A stretch of DNA of 64,000 nucleotides from Callorhinchus milii (taxonomy: Eukaryota): contig NW_024704742.1 in NCBI RefSeq assembly GCF_018977255.1, positions 101,186,001-101,250,000 of the forward strand. Reading direction: 5' to 3'. The notes beneath the pieces are model-generated. The model was given only the letters and a program-made list of their open reading frames with translations. It was not told where the DNA came from and ran no database searches. This document shows, in pieces, positions 1-12,510 of the stretch. Made by a program: the position numbers and the translations under genes. The stretch's first letter is position 1. Each line of letters starts with the position of its first letter.

Positions 1-390
1 GGCTGTCTGTGTCTCAGTATTGTGTGGTGCTTCAGCTGGCTTAAAGTCATGTCTATCTATCCATGCCACAGTTATATTGTGCCATTAACCCATATTGCTA
101 ATGGCAACCCTGTCTTCGAAAGCAAGCCTGCAAGCTAATTGTGTCCAGAGGCAATGGCTACACTGTCCAGGGGTGGGCTCTCTCCCTTTGCAGACACCAA
201 TGCAAGCAAGAAATCTGTTTGTCAAGTGACAACTGCTGGCTCCAGGACTGACAGTCACTAAGATGTCATCTGATTAAAGAGAGCACTCTGATAGCCAGCG
301 CTCCGATGACTGCGATCTAATCTATGAAACAGCAACTCAATGTGCAACGCTGTCTTTTGTTATTGACTGGGTGAAATTTTAACGTTGACT

Positions 391-895
391 GGGTACAACG
401 TAGATTCACGAGGTTGGTACCTGGGATGAGGGGGATGAGTTATGAGAATAGGTTGAGCAATTTAGGCTTATATTCTCTAGAATATAGAAGAATGAGAGGT
501 GATCTTATAGAAACCTATAAGATTATTAAGGAGCATGACAGAATAGATAGTGGGAGACTTTTTCCCCTGGTTGGAGAATCTATAATCAGGGGTCACAGTC
601 TTAAAATTAGGGGTAAGCCCTTTCGCACTGAGTTGAGGAAAAACTTCTTCACTCAGAGGGTAGTGAATTTATGGAATCCTCTACCCCAAAGGGCTGTAGA
701 TGCTCAGTCTTTGAACATATTCAAATGGAGATTGATACATTTCTTGTGGATAAAGGGATTAAGGGATATGGGGATAAGGTGGGTGGGTAGGTGGAGTTAG
801 AATAGATCAGTCATGATCTTATTGAATGGCGGGGCAGGCTCGAGGGGCCGAATGGCCTACTCCTGTTCCTAATTCTTATGTTCTTATGTTCTTAT
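391..895 (+). mobile_element. CR1 LINE 3' fragment (end of ORF2, 3' UTR and tail)
   Basis: ORF 414-800 encodes the typical CR1 ORF2 C-terminus (SYENRLSNLGLYSLEYRRMRGDLIETYKII...RGHSLKI...FFTQRVVNLWN), with a frameshift near 725. It is followed by gggccgaatggcctactcctg and a (ttcttatg)n tail. Confidence 0.93.
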
Positions 896-3029
896 ATGTA
901 AATCACAATTTACAATATTCACCCCACATTTTGAGGATAGTAAAAAACAAACTGGATCATACATAGTCTGCACTGTGCTGCAGTCCTCTAACATATCAGA
1001 AGGTGATGCCCGGAATATGTTATTCTGCACGGTATACTTAATGAAAATTTACTACATTGCTATTTTTCTGGTAGGTGTCACCGTAGATCCTGATGTTTCT
1101 GTGATCTAATCACCTGACAAGCAGTGATTTCAAGGTTTATTTCTCTGACTGAAATAGATGGGTGAAACAAGCATTGCTTCTGTGTTTAATGAGACTGACA
1201 TTTTGAATAATATAGTCTTAGAAATATCCTAGTTTTTAATAAGAGTCAAAAAGCTGCAACTTTTTTAAATTTAATCTCGCAGCACAAATAAAGGAGTTTT
1301 AATAAACTGAGAAAAATAAGGCGGTGCTGAGACTAAACCATGCAGACTGCCATCTCCCACTCTTTGCAAAGGGGTGAAAGTTTTAGTCTTTTGTCATAAT
1401 GCCTTCAATGTGATAATTATGAAATGCCTCTAATTGTTTCCATTCATTACTCATCAGTGTCAAGTGAACCATCTCTCCTCCCATTTTATCATTCCCCCCA
1501 ATTCCCCTCCCCGCACCACCTTGACAATGGTTGAGTCTGAATAAACTTCTGTGCTGAAAGCTCTCTTATTCATGGAGTTCAGGACTGGAGTGAAGCTGGA
1601 ATAGGAGACTGAATAAAATTTGTGTCATGTGAAGCAGCACTCAAAAGCTACCTCTACGACCTCAAACGCCTGGAAATTCAACAATGGTACCAACTTCAAT
1701 AAATCAATCAGTCAACTTCAAACTTCACTACTAATGGTAACAAATTACCAGTGTTTCTAGATCTGATAAGTGAACATTCACTTTGCAGCACTTTACAGCA
1801 GAAGCATTAATAATGTGTAATTGTCAGAAGGGTGAAGAAAGACAATTGTGCTCTTCAGGTCCGGCTGTTACATTAATTCACTCGAGACATTAAAAGGTGA
1901 CTCTGACCCTCTAAAAAAGTGTGGCCCAGTTTCAACAGGTGCCATACCTCAGATAGCGTGTGTACACCTTCATTTTTGAAGTTCCATTCAACAGGTGCTT
2001 GATGTACAGCACACCACTTTTTTTAAAAAAAATGAACAACAAATATGTGGTTGTTAAAAAAAATCTGGATGTAAAAATTGTTAGTTTGCATTTCATTCAA
2101 ATGAATGGACATTACTTGGTATTATTGAGTTAACCAAATGACTCATTAAAATTCCATTTCTATTTCTGGTGCATGTTCATAGCATGTTCAGTTAAAATAA
2201 TCCTCATCCTCGCATTATTTATAGTGCCTTTTACATCAGGAAGACATCTCAAAGTGCTTCACAAGATTTGCTGTAAAGTACAGTCACTCTTTTTTGTAGG
2301 CAAATCTACAATATACTTTAATAATTTACTCTAATGCTGCTGCAGTCAAGAGCTGCATTGACTGATATTCTGTATTTGAATTGCAACATTTGTGCTAGGC
2401 TGGCAGTGCAAACATCTTGATTCAAATCTCTCCCTGGTTTTAATGAAGAAAAATGTTAATCTTATGTATTGGGTGATTCATTGGCCATTTAAGAGAACCT
2501 AAATTAATTCAGTGGAAAACCTTGTACAAATCAAGGGATTGCATTTACTTTAGGTCATACTGACCCAGTCTGACAGTAGAGGAAGTAAAGAAAATAAAAC
2601 CCAGATCTGACTTGGCATTTCCCCAGCAAGCTGTAACTCAGGAGTTGTTACCACCTCAGATTGCTAACTGGATCGATTTTCCTGATTAGCGAGGAATTTA
2701 TTCTGTTCAATTTACATAACTGTAAAACCTAAGTGGAAAACACATTGATTTTTGCTCTCTGTGGTGTTCATTTACATAATCTGTTAACTAATTTAGGAGA
2801 TTAGTAGCCAAGCAACAATCTGTTTCCTTCTGAAGTCTATTATTGTCTTGTGCTGCAATGATGTTAAAGGGGATATGGGGGAGTTTAGAAGCAAATCTGC
2901 GTTGCGGAACTCCTTTGCAATGAATGAACCACATTTTGCTCCCAGTCCAATTCTACTGTAAACCCAGTCGAGAAAAACTTTGAACAGTGTCTGAGGTTTG
3001 GGGTCGAAAATATGGCATTTAATATTTAC

Positions 3030-3330
3030 ATGCATATAACACCTTTTGCGTTGGGAAGATATCTCAAAACCCTTGAAACTGCTGACTGGGAGACTGAGCT
3101 GGAAGGAAAGGGGAGTTGAGGAGGGAAGGTGCCCCAAGGATTGAAAGGATAGGTCTTTAAAGTGTGCTTTGAAAATAGGGAGAGAAGGAGAAGTAGAAGT
3201 GACTGAGAGATGGAGTTCCAACAACAACAACAACTTGCATTTATATAGTGCCCTTCACAACTCAGAGAGCAAGGGTAGAATGGTCAATGGCGGAAGTGAT
3301 TGGGTGGGGAAGTGAAGCAGACTAATGTTT
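3030..3330 (-). mobile_element. Degraded L2 LINE 3' fragments
   Basis: Reverse L2 tail caacaacaacaacttgcatttatatagtgccc at about 3220, plus a purine-rich reverse L2 3' region. Confidence 0.6.
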
Positions 3331-6020
3331 ACTGAATGCATGGAACATTTGGGTGTTTCTTGACAAGATTCCACCCAATCACTCCCACCGTTGGTCACCA
3401 TTGGCCTTCCTTAATAAGAAGTCACGCAAATGAGGACTCCTTCCAGTAATCCGACGTTGATGCCGTCAAAACTCTGCTCCAATGCGACCTACATCCTTAA
3501 TGGAATTCTCACAGATCAGCAGGAATTCTGATGGGATTCTTTATTAAGCAATCCAGCTGAGAAATAGTGACAATGTTTGTAGGATTTCATAACATGTTCC
3601 TTGTGTTAATTAATACGACAAGCTTCACCACACTGAATTTTTGACCCAGTGTTTTTCTGCTCTCTGCAACTGTCTGAATGGCGGAACTTAGAAAGATACT
3701 GAATTAGTGATCTCTGCATTGGCAAGTCAGCTTGTTAATTTTCCCTGTGTTGTTGGCAAGAACCACTGCACTCTCAAATTCCTGACCTAAAATAACAAAG
3801 GTCCTATTGTAGAATTCAAAAGACCTTTCAGAACAGTGGAATCTTTATCACAGCTCAGACTGAGGATGCCATGAACTTTGCCAACAAAATGGTGGTAAGA
3901 GATTGGAATACTCTGTGCTGATTTCCCCATAGATTGGAATTCTGCATTACTTCTGTTGAGGATACAAGTGCTGAGGTTCATGTCTTTTTACATTAAGCAA
4001 GAACAAAGTACAGTAGAGCCCCTTAATGGGACTATCTTTGTCGCGAGCAAATTGCTCTCCTTTGTGCATTTTTCCAATTATGAAAACATTTTGGATAATT
4101 AATTGGCGCCTGAGCAAATCTTGATACAAGCAACAATTCAGGTTAACTCTTTAACTGCTGCAGTCGTTGCGCTCAAACCCGCCATTGTTCACCCTACGAC
4201 CAGCTCCATGTAGCTCCAGTATTTTGCACACCTTCAGCATTGGGGTTCTGGCTAAAGGGAAAAAAACACAGGGGAAGGAGCAGAGTTTGAAAACTTCAAG
4301 AAATCAGCAGTCACACAGCATTAGAGCCAATACCACAAAGAGCTTACTGTCCTGACCACTCTTAAAAGTGACTATATCTAAGGTCTGAAATCTGTATAAT
4401 ATAATAATAACAATAATAACAATACTAATGATCCTTGCAGTGCCTTGTTATATTGTCGAGACAGCACAAAATACTTCACAGAATTTTTACTGTAAAGTAT
4501 TTTGTATGTGAACATGGAAATCAATTTGCTTATGGCAATCTTGACGTCTAAGGCTATTTTGTCTTCAGATTTAAGAATTGTGAAAAAGTCAATCCACTGA
4601 CATCCAATGTGAGGTTAAACATTAACTGCCTTCTGTAGGCTAAAATTACAATATTTCTCAACAACATTTTAAAATGAACAACCCTGTTAGAATTCCTGTC
4701 AACTCACGTGAACTCTGCATCGGAAGTGGATTGTATCAGAGTGTTTTTCTGTGAGTTGCATAACATGCTTTCAGTTGCTACAAGGAATCCTGTCAAGAAA
4801 TACACCCAAATTAGACTCTAATGCCATTTAGGACTGTGTTGCAATTTAGATAAAATTCAGATTCTGAATTTCACTTTTGTAAGTTTAATTTCAATAGCAT
4901 CAAAGAATCATATAAGAGCAGTGTTAGTTCCTCATCTGATTTACAGTCCAGCCTGGATGACCAACATTCACAATTTCTAAGACAAACTTCCCTCAATTTT
5001 CGAAAAAAATTGCTGGGTGTTGGCCAATACTAACAATCTGTGCTCTTCAACATCAAATTGGACTTTCATTAAAGATGTTGCAGAGAAGAAATTACATCTG
5101 AGTTTAGATTTGTTCTAGTTATGTAGCATTTTAGAATGTTCAGACTTTGGCAATTTGCTGAATTCAGTCTTAACACTGAAGTATTTCTTAAAAGATAAGA
5201 ACTTCAAAATTAAGGCTGTACTTAAGACTTAACCAAATTCTGGACACACTGAAATGCTATGAATATAGAATGAATTTATAATGAGGTGGATTTCTCAACA
5301 GTGTGACTTGCATACACAGATGTTAGACAACAAGGCACTGAAAGTACAGTAGATGTGCTTAATTCATTTATGTCATTTAAACAGCTCATATTGAATTACT
5401 GAGTGACTTATTGCTGTGTGACAGACAGATGATGTATGCCATATTTCCGAGCCATTAACTATGTGAATGATAGGTTTCCAAACACTTCATCTTGAAATTT
5501 CAGGGAACAGTATTCATGTGCAGCCCATCCAAAATCATTGTCGTTTTTCTTTATAAAATATTACCTTGAAAATTATGCTGACTTTAATTTCTATGGGTTT
5601 AATGCTTTGGGATGAATATGCTATGCGTCTCGGCAAAAAATTCAATCAGGGTAACGAATGCCCATGTTGAAGATATGTGAGTTTCTGCAAATTCACAGAC
5701 AATGCACCTCAATTTATTATTGTACAATTACACAATGTCAAGGTTCTTATTACTAAGATGTGAATGGGTACTTAGTCAAATGTCGTAAGTAAACGGCAAA
5801 GAGACTTGCTGCTTAACTAATACAAATTAAGCATTACTGGTTTGTTTTCAGCATTTCTAAAAGCCAGACAATATGTATTAGCAATTTGTCGACTGCTATT
5901 GCAGTCTAATCATAACATATCTGCTGATAAAATAGGGAAGTTATTTAACTAGATCAGGGTGAAAGCAGCAGGTAAGATGTGATAATCATCACTTTGTCAG
6001 AACTTGAAGTTCGGGGTACC

Positions 6021-6186
6021 TTAGCACAATGGTGGGGCCCAAAGTCACCACTGTGCAGCCCAGCATTTCTGTGCCAATACCCACGATAGCAACTAAACTT
6101 GGACTTATGCTGGTATCCTGGGAACATGTCCTGGGTATTGCATCTAACATCTCCAATGATAGCTTTGTGCCCAACCATTGTGCCAA
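6021..6186. mobile_element. MITE-like element with terminal inverted repeats
   Basis: 6021-6044 ttagcacaatggtggggcccaaag matches the reverse complement of 6163-6186 at 21/24 positions; further internal complementarity (caataccca / tgggtattg). Confidence 0.65.
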
Positions 6187-6319
6187 AGTCAGGGCAACTG
6201 AAGGCTCTTACACCTGCAGACAGTCCATAATTATTGATTGGTACAATCACCACAAATTTCAATCATGCAGTAAATTTTCACTAGTGATAATTTACAAAGA
6301 TTTAAAAAGAATGTCCAAG

Positions 6320-6640
6320 ACAGAAACAGGACAATCAGCACAACCATTCCATGCCGGTGTTTGTACTCCACATTCCTTACTCCCTCCCATAACCTTCTAT
6401 TCCCTTCGCTGTTATGTGAAGGTGCAGATTTCTCTTGAAAGCATATACACTATCTAATTCAACCATTGCTTCAGGCAGTGAGCTCCACATTCTAACTACT
6501 CTCTGCATGAAGTAGTTCCATCTAAATTCGGAATTTTTTGCCGAGAAACAGACTGTATACATTCCAAAGCATTAAACCCTCTAGTTGTCAACTTATACTT
6601 GTGTCTCCTGTTTACGGATACCTCAACCAATGGAACTAAG
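6320..6640 (-). mobile_element. Degraded CR1 LINE 3' fragment
   Basis: Minus ORF 6377-6562 contains FRWNYFMQRVVRMWSSLPEAMVE...FKRNL, a CR1 C-terminal motif. Confidence 0.8.
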
Positions 6641-6822
6641 CAAATTGTCACATCATCAACAACACCATCACCATGTTGTACTTTTCACCCAAATGAATAT
6701 TCAAGCCACCTGAATTAAAGTTTCTTTCATGCTATGTTACACATGTCTCCCACATGAAATTAGGCTTCTGATGGCTTATATCATGATTAAAGTCATCTGT
6801 GTGATTTGTTTGCTATCTCTTC

Positions 6823-7146
6823 TTCAACCTGTACATGCTCCCTCTTGGTGACATCATCGGCAGACATGGGGTCAACTTCCTCACGGATGACACCCAACCC
6901 AACTCTATCTCTCTGCCTCCACCCTCGACCCCAAGATCACTGATGTCCTGACAGACTGCCTGTCAGACATTAAGTCCTTTATGAGAGCCAACTTTCTACA
7001 GTTGAACATCAGCAAGACAGAGGCTCTCCTGATTACCTCACGCAAGCAACTCCGCACCTCAGGCATTGGCAGTATCAGCATCAAAGAATGCTTACTCCAC
7101 CTCAACAAGCCAGTCAGGAACCTAGGCAGCTTGTTCGACACTCAAC
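6823..7146 (+). mobile_element. L2 LINE RT-region fragment (5' part of an interrupted copy)
   Basis: DDTQ-like motif region and ORF MRANFLQLNISKTEALLI...VRNLGSLFD; the sequence resumes at 8320. Confidence 0.9.
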
Positions 7147-8319
7147 AACAACAACAACAAAATTACATTTGTATAGCGCCTTTCACATCGGGAGGACGTC
7201 CCAAGGTGCTGGATAGACAGAGTTACAGACCCAAGCTGGGGGTTTGGGGTGAGGGAGAGTGAAGGGCAGGGGGGGAAGCAGGGAGATCAAAAGCACGGTC
7301 GAGGGTCTTGAGGTAGGTCTTGAAGGTGGCGAGGGAGGGGACGAGATGGAGGGACTACAGGATGGAGTTCCAGAGGGTGGGTGCAGAGTGGCAGAAGGTC
7401 GGACCACCAATAGTGGTGTAAGCAAGGCGGGGGACATGAAGCAGGCCGGAGCCCACTGAGTGGAGAGAGCGAACAGGGTGGTAGGGGGTTAGGAGGTCGG
7501 AGAGGTAGGAGGGAGCAAGACTGTGGAGGGCTTTGAAGGTGAGGACCAGGATCTTGAACTGTATCCTCTGTGTGATGGGAAACCAGTGGAGTTGGGCAAG
7601 GATGGGGTGATAGGGTCATAGAGCCTGGTGTGGGAGTGGACATGGGCTGCAGAGTTCTGGATGATCTGCAGCCTGTGGAGGGAAGCTGACAAGCAGTGAG
7701 TTTGCATAGTTGAGCCTCGATGTAATGAAGGCATGTATGAAGGTTTTTTCAGTGGCCTGTGGTGTGAGTCAGTGGTGGAGCTGGGCAACGTTGCGGTGGT
7801 GGGGAAAGGCAGAGAGGGTCGTGGCGCAGTTGTGGGGTAGAAAAGATAGTTGAGGGTCAAACAAGACCCCAACGTTCCAGACTGGCTTAGCAAGGTGGAG
7901 TGTGCAACCATAGATGGTGATGCTGTCAGCGCCTGAGGTGAGGAGCGCTGATGGGAGCCAATCAAGAGGGCCTCGGTCATGTTGATGTTCAACTGACGTT
8001 AGCTCTCATCCAGGACTTGATGTCTGACAGACAATCTGTCATGACAGCAGTGGTCCTGGAGTCGAAGGTGGAGGCAGAGAGATAGAATTGGGTGTCATCC
8101 GCATACATGTGGAAGTTTACCCCGTGTCTGCGGATGATGTCACCAAGAGGGAGCATGTAGATATTGAAGATGAGGGGACCCAAGGACAGAGCCCTGAGGA
8201 ACGCCACACGAGAGCGTGCGGGGGCTAGAGGAGAAGCCATTTGAGGAGATGAAGTGCAGGCTGTGTGAGAGGTACGATCTGAACCAATCAAGGACAACGC
8301 CACGGAGGTTGAGCTGAGG
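7147..8319 (-). mobile_element. L2 LINE, 5'-truncated, nested inside a plus-strand L2
   Basis: ORF 7989-8303 has [36 protein letters not shown] (RT YADD motif); LQIIQNSAA motif; (caa)n reverse tail at 7143-7161. Confidence 0.93.
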
Positions 8320-8912
8320 TCAACTGTCCTTTCTCCCCCACAGCTGTGCCATGACCTGCTCTGCCTTCTCCCACCTCCACAGCATTACCTGACTCCGCCA
8401 CCGCCTCAACCCTCATACTTGCCTTCATTACAACCAGGCTCAACTACGCCAATGCCCTGCTTGTCGGCCTTCCCAATCTTCCCTCCACAATTTGCAGATC
8501 ACCCAGAACTCTGCAGCTTGTATCCTCTCCTGCACCAGGCTCCGTGACTCCATTACATTCACCCTCGCCCAACTCCACTGGTTCCCCATTCCTCAAAGGA
8601 TTGAGTTCAGGATTCTCGTCCTCACCTTTGGGGCCCTCCATGGCCTGCCCCTGTTACCTCTCCAACCTGCTAACCCCTTATCAACCTGTCTGCTCTACTC
8701 AGCAGGCTCCAGCTTGCTCCATGTCTCCCACCCCACCGTCCTCCTCAAGACCCTCCTCTTTGACCATGCCTTCGGCCACCCTCCTACCCTCTCTGCCCTA
8801 CATCCTCCCTGATCCCAAACCCCTGCTCGGGTCCAAAACGATTATTGTCTAGTGCCTTGGGATGTCCTCCCAACATGAAAGGCGCTATACAAATGTAATT
8901 TTGTTGTTGTTT
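8320..8912 (+). mobile_element. L2 LINE 3' part (continuation of the 6823-7146 copy)
   Basis: QNSAACIL...ITFTLAQLHWFPIPQRIEFRILVLTF motif and tail aaggcgctatacaaatgtaattttgttgttg. Confidence 0.9.
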
Positions 8913-9337
8913 GTGGGATATTGCCCAACTCTCTGCCCTTCACCCTCCCTGATCCCAGCCCCACCCCAGGCCACCCACCCCCGCTCGGGATCTACTCAGG
9001 ACTCCACGGGACTGAGCTTATTTCCTCCCCACAAAAAAAATCAATGTTGCAAAAATTTTACAAATACAAAAGCTACTTTGGGTTCATTGAATAAAAAAAG
9101 CGAAGAATTGACAGAATTCAATTAACGTTTGCAACACACATGGGACATAACCAGCAATCTTGCTGAAAATCTTTATCACAGTCTCATGATGTAAAGTAAA
9201 TGTAGAAGCACACATTTTAGACAGAACTTTCCAATCATAATAAAAGTAGACATTTTGGAAGACAGATATTTTTATTTACCTGTGAAAAGGATTGGACAGC
9301 AACTACATATTCTGTAGAACTACAGAGTAACACACAC

Positions 9338-9409
9338 TCTGTCTATTTGCTTCATAATAGAGCCGGTATTGCAAACGTTTCCTAAATCTGCTTTCAGAGC
9401 ATTACACCA
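9338..9409 (-). other. Exon-like unit, copy A (72 nt)
   Basis: On the minus strand: cttttaatcag|TGGTGT...GACAGA|gtgtgt. Open frame WCNALKADLGNVCNTGSIMKQIDR; 64/72 identical to 10020-10091. Confidence 0.3.
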
Positions 9410-9414
9410 CTGAT

Positions 9415-9790
9415 TAAAAGATTCTCACCCTCACATTCAAATCCCTCCATGGCCTCATCCTATCTATCTCTGTGACTTTCTACAATCCTACCAACCCAGC
9501 CATTCCTTTCACTCTGCAAACACCAGCTGCTTCAAGTCCCTCATTAGATCTGCCATACCATCAGTGAGGAACCATTCTGCCCCCGCTCTCTGGAGCTCCA
9601 ACCTGGAGTCCCTCCGCTTCATCCCCTCACTTTTAAAACCCAGTTTAAGCCCTACCTCTTTGACTGCACTTTAGGTTATCTTTCTCTCCTCCACTATCAC
9701 TCCCCACCCTCTTCAACTTGCCTCCTCCCTCCCCTCCTCCCAGCCAGTTGCGTAAAGTGCTTTGAGAGGTCCTCATAATGATGCGTTATA
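9415..9790 (+). mobile_element. Degraded L2 3' fragment
   Basis: aagattctcaccctcacattcaaatccctccatggcctc, a pyrimidine-rich body, and taaagtgctttgagagg near the end. Confidence 0.7.
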
Positions 9791-10019
9791 TTGTATTTCT
9801 TTTCATTGTACATACTGTACTTTTGCCTACCTCTTCCATGCTACTTTTCCATTCATGTTCCACATACCAGTTAAAATCCTGAAAAAGGATTTGTTCAATC
9901 TCTTCGGTGCTGCTTTTACATAGTTTCTGAAATTTTCTATCACACTTTTTTCCTCTGGGTCCCATTTTTGTTCATATATTATTCAGAAGATAGCTTGGCT
10001 TGTGCAAATTGACACTCAC

Positions 10020-10091
10020 TCTGTCTACTTTCTTCTTAAAAGAGCCGGAATTGCAAACGTTTCCTAAATCTTCTTTCAGAGCATTGCATCA
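10020..10091 (-). other. Exon-like unit, copy B (72 nt)
   Basis: On the minus strand: strong acceptor ctttccttttatccag and strong donor AGA|gtgagt. The frame reads *CNALKEDLGNVCNSGSFKKKVDR. Confidence 0.4.
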
Positions 10092-10351
10092 CTGGATAAA
10101 AGGAAAGCTTCAATGTGCGTCTTGAACTGAGCAGTAATATTGGAAAACATTATTAGGAGCGTTAATGTGGTTTAGAATTTCTTTTTAAATCGGAAATTCT
10201 GTCACATGTTACAGAAATTCTATTAAATATTTTGTTTCAAGAGTATCAGAGGCGATAAAGCTAAGTTGCAGTTATGAAAAACCTGCGTTAACTATTTGAG
10301 TTCCAAGCATGAGAAAAGGCCACTTTTTCTACAACACCTTACTCATTAAGT

Positions 10352-10700
10352 GTGTCAGTCTGCCTCAGTTGGTAGCACTTTCAAGTCTTAGTCAGAACAT
10401 TGTGGGTTTAAGCCCCACATCCGTATTTTGAACTACAGTTTATGCTGACAGTTGAGTGTTGGTGTCTGTAGCACTGTTGGAGGTGCTGTTCTTTGAATGA
10501 GATAATAAACTAAACCTGTCTGTTCAAGTGTACATTAAAAATCCTATGACACTATTCGTAAAAAGAAGAGAGTTTCTCCCAATACCCTGGCTTGATAATC
10601 CCCCAGATAAAATTGATCATTTGCTTCATGGCTTTTTGTGGGATATTGTTGTGTGCAAATGAATCCTGTGAAGAGTTTTGTGACATGAAAGGCATTTTAT
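10352..10700 (+). mobile_element. Old Deu-type tRNA SINE, degraded
   Basis: tRNA-like head (ctcagttggtagcac...gtgggtttaagcccc) and core gcactgttggaggtgctgttctttgaatgaga...tttgtgggatattgttgtgtgcaaat. Confidence 0.7.
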
Positions 10701-12191
10701 ATATATTTTATATAATTTATTTCATTATATAATATATTTCATATATATATATTATATGACATGAAGTAATATTAATAATTATTATTATTGTTATTATTAC
10801 AGAGGTAAAGTTTATGGTATTTCATCATATGTTCCTTCTAGGAACACTGCAAACTTTAGTCCCATGGTATCTCGTTTTTTTTTTAACCTTCCTAAGGTTT
10901 CTGTTTTGATGGCCTAGCTATTCCAAACATTGCTCAAACTTTAAGTGAAACAATTCTTCCCTTTTGAGTTCTTCTTTTATCATTTTATATCCCCTGTTGT
11001 CCTTTCATGGTTTAATCTGAAATAGCACTCTAGCTTTATAATATTTATACCATTTCATATTTTATAGACCAAAATTAGATCCCCTGCCAATTGTTTATCC
11101 TCCTTGAAGGATTTTCCATTAAAGTGTCCATTCTTCATATGTGAACCTAGAGAGTGATTGTTCTCTTTCCAAATAGTTTGATTGTTGGCAGACTATTTGA
11201 CTCTGAAAGAGTATCACAGCTGAACTTGATCCTACCTGTACCCAATGTATGCACAGCCTTTCCTTTGGAGATTATGGGATCACAAAAAGAAACAGGAACT
11301 CTGATTGCCTTTTCCTTAACACAGGAGCATGGAGATCAATTGCATCACCTCTGCTATCAACCTTGAACCTCGTACATATCAGATAAAACATATGGCTTAG
11401 ATCCACACTGGACAATGATACCTATCAACTCAGTCATCACCAAACTGTTACAACTCAAAATATAGACATAAAGGATTCTGCCTCCATTGTATCAAAGGCT
11501 TCAGGGTAGCAGATCAATTGAGTGTGTTTTTCAGATTTACCTCTCTATTGTCAGTTCGCTCAACTAGTGTTTTCATCATTAGTTATTTTATTCTTCTTAA
11601 TAACTTACTGTTTTACAAATAGTTTTATTTTTAAGCTATCATCAGTTAGTTTTATACTTCAAAAGCGTTATTTGAAATACATAATTATTTATGACCTTAT
11701 ATTCTAAAATACATTATATCTTAAAAGTAGGCATAAAAGCAAAAGTGAAAAAGAGAAACATGTATATAGCATGCTATATAATGCGATTCTGAAATCTGCA
11801 TCTAAATTCCCAAAAGAGAAGCAATGCTGAATTTCTGCTTTTGCAGTTAATTTGAGCCAATGTGCGTGTATATACAGAGATATAATAATATAATAATCCT
11901 TTATTTGTTATTTATTACATTGTTGACATGTCTTAAAGTGCTTTACAGGATTTTCTGTGAAGTGTTGTGGCTGTATTTGTAGGCAAACCCAGCAATCAAA
12001 TTGCAATCAATCAGTGACTTGGTTTGAAATGTACAATAATGTTCCACAACAGCCATGAAGTCAATTTTATCTCAGACGCTGGAGAAATTATTTTCTCTTT
12101 TCAAATACAACCTTGGGACATTTAATGTGAACCTTAACAGCCAGATAGTATCTCCATTTAGGGTCTCATTCTGACAGATGGTACTTCCAAC

Positions 12192-12510
12192 AATAATAAT
12201 AATAATAATAATAATCCTTGCATTTGATATAGCACTTTTCACGTCGGGAGGACGTCCCAAAGCGCTTCACAGAACACACTGTAAAGTGAATTGACTTTAT
12301 ATTTGTGGGCGAACGCGGCAGCCAATTGCGCACAGCAATGTCCCACAGACAGTCGTAGATTGAAAATGACCAATTTATTATTGTTTTTGGAGGGATTATT
12401 ATTAGGTGTGTGGAGTAAGGAAACTTGCCCAAGGTTTCGCCCTGCCTGGAATTGAACTCAGGTCTCTCACTTGCAAAGCGAGTGCTCTAACCAGTAAGCT
12501 ACAGGACTCC
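12192..12510 (-). mobile_element. Young full-length tRNA-derived SINE (Deu-like core, L2-type tail)
   Basis: The reverse strand starts ggagtcctgtagct...gttagagcactcgctttgcaagtgagagacctgagttcaattcc (A/B boxes) and ends aaatgcaagga(tta)n; near-identical to the copies at 42151, 47200 and 48950. Confidence 0.93.

Noticed and set aside
414..800. Host protein-coding gene
   Set aside because: It is a CR1 ORF2 C-terminal remnant with a frameshift.
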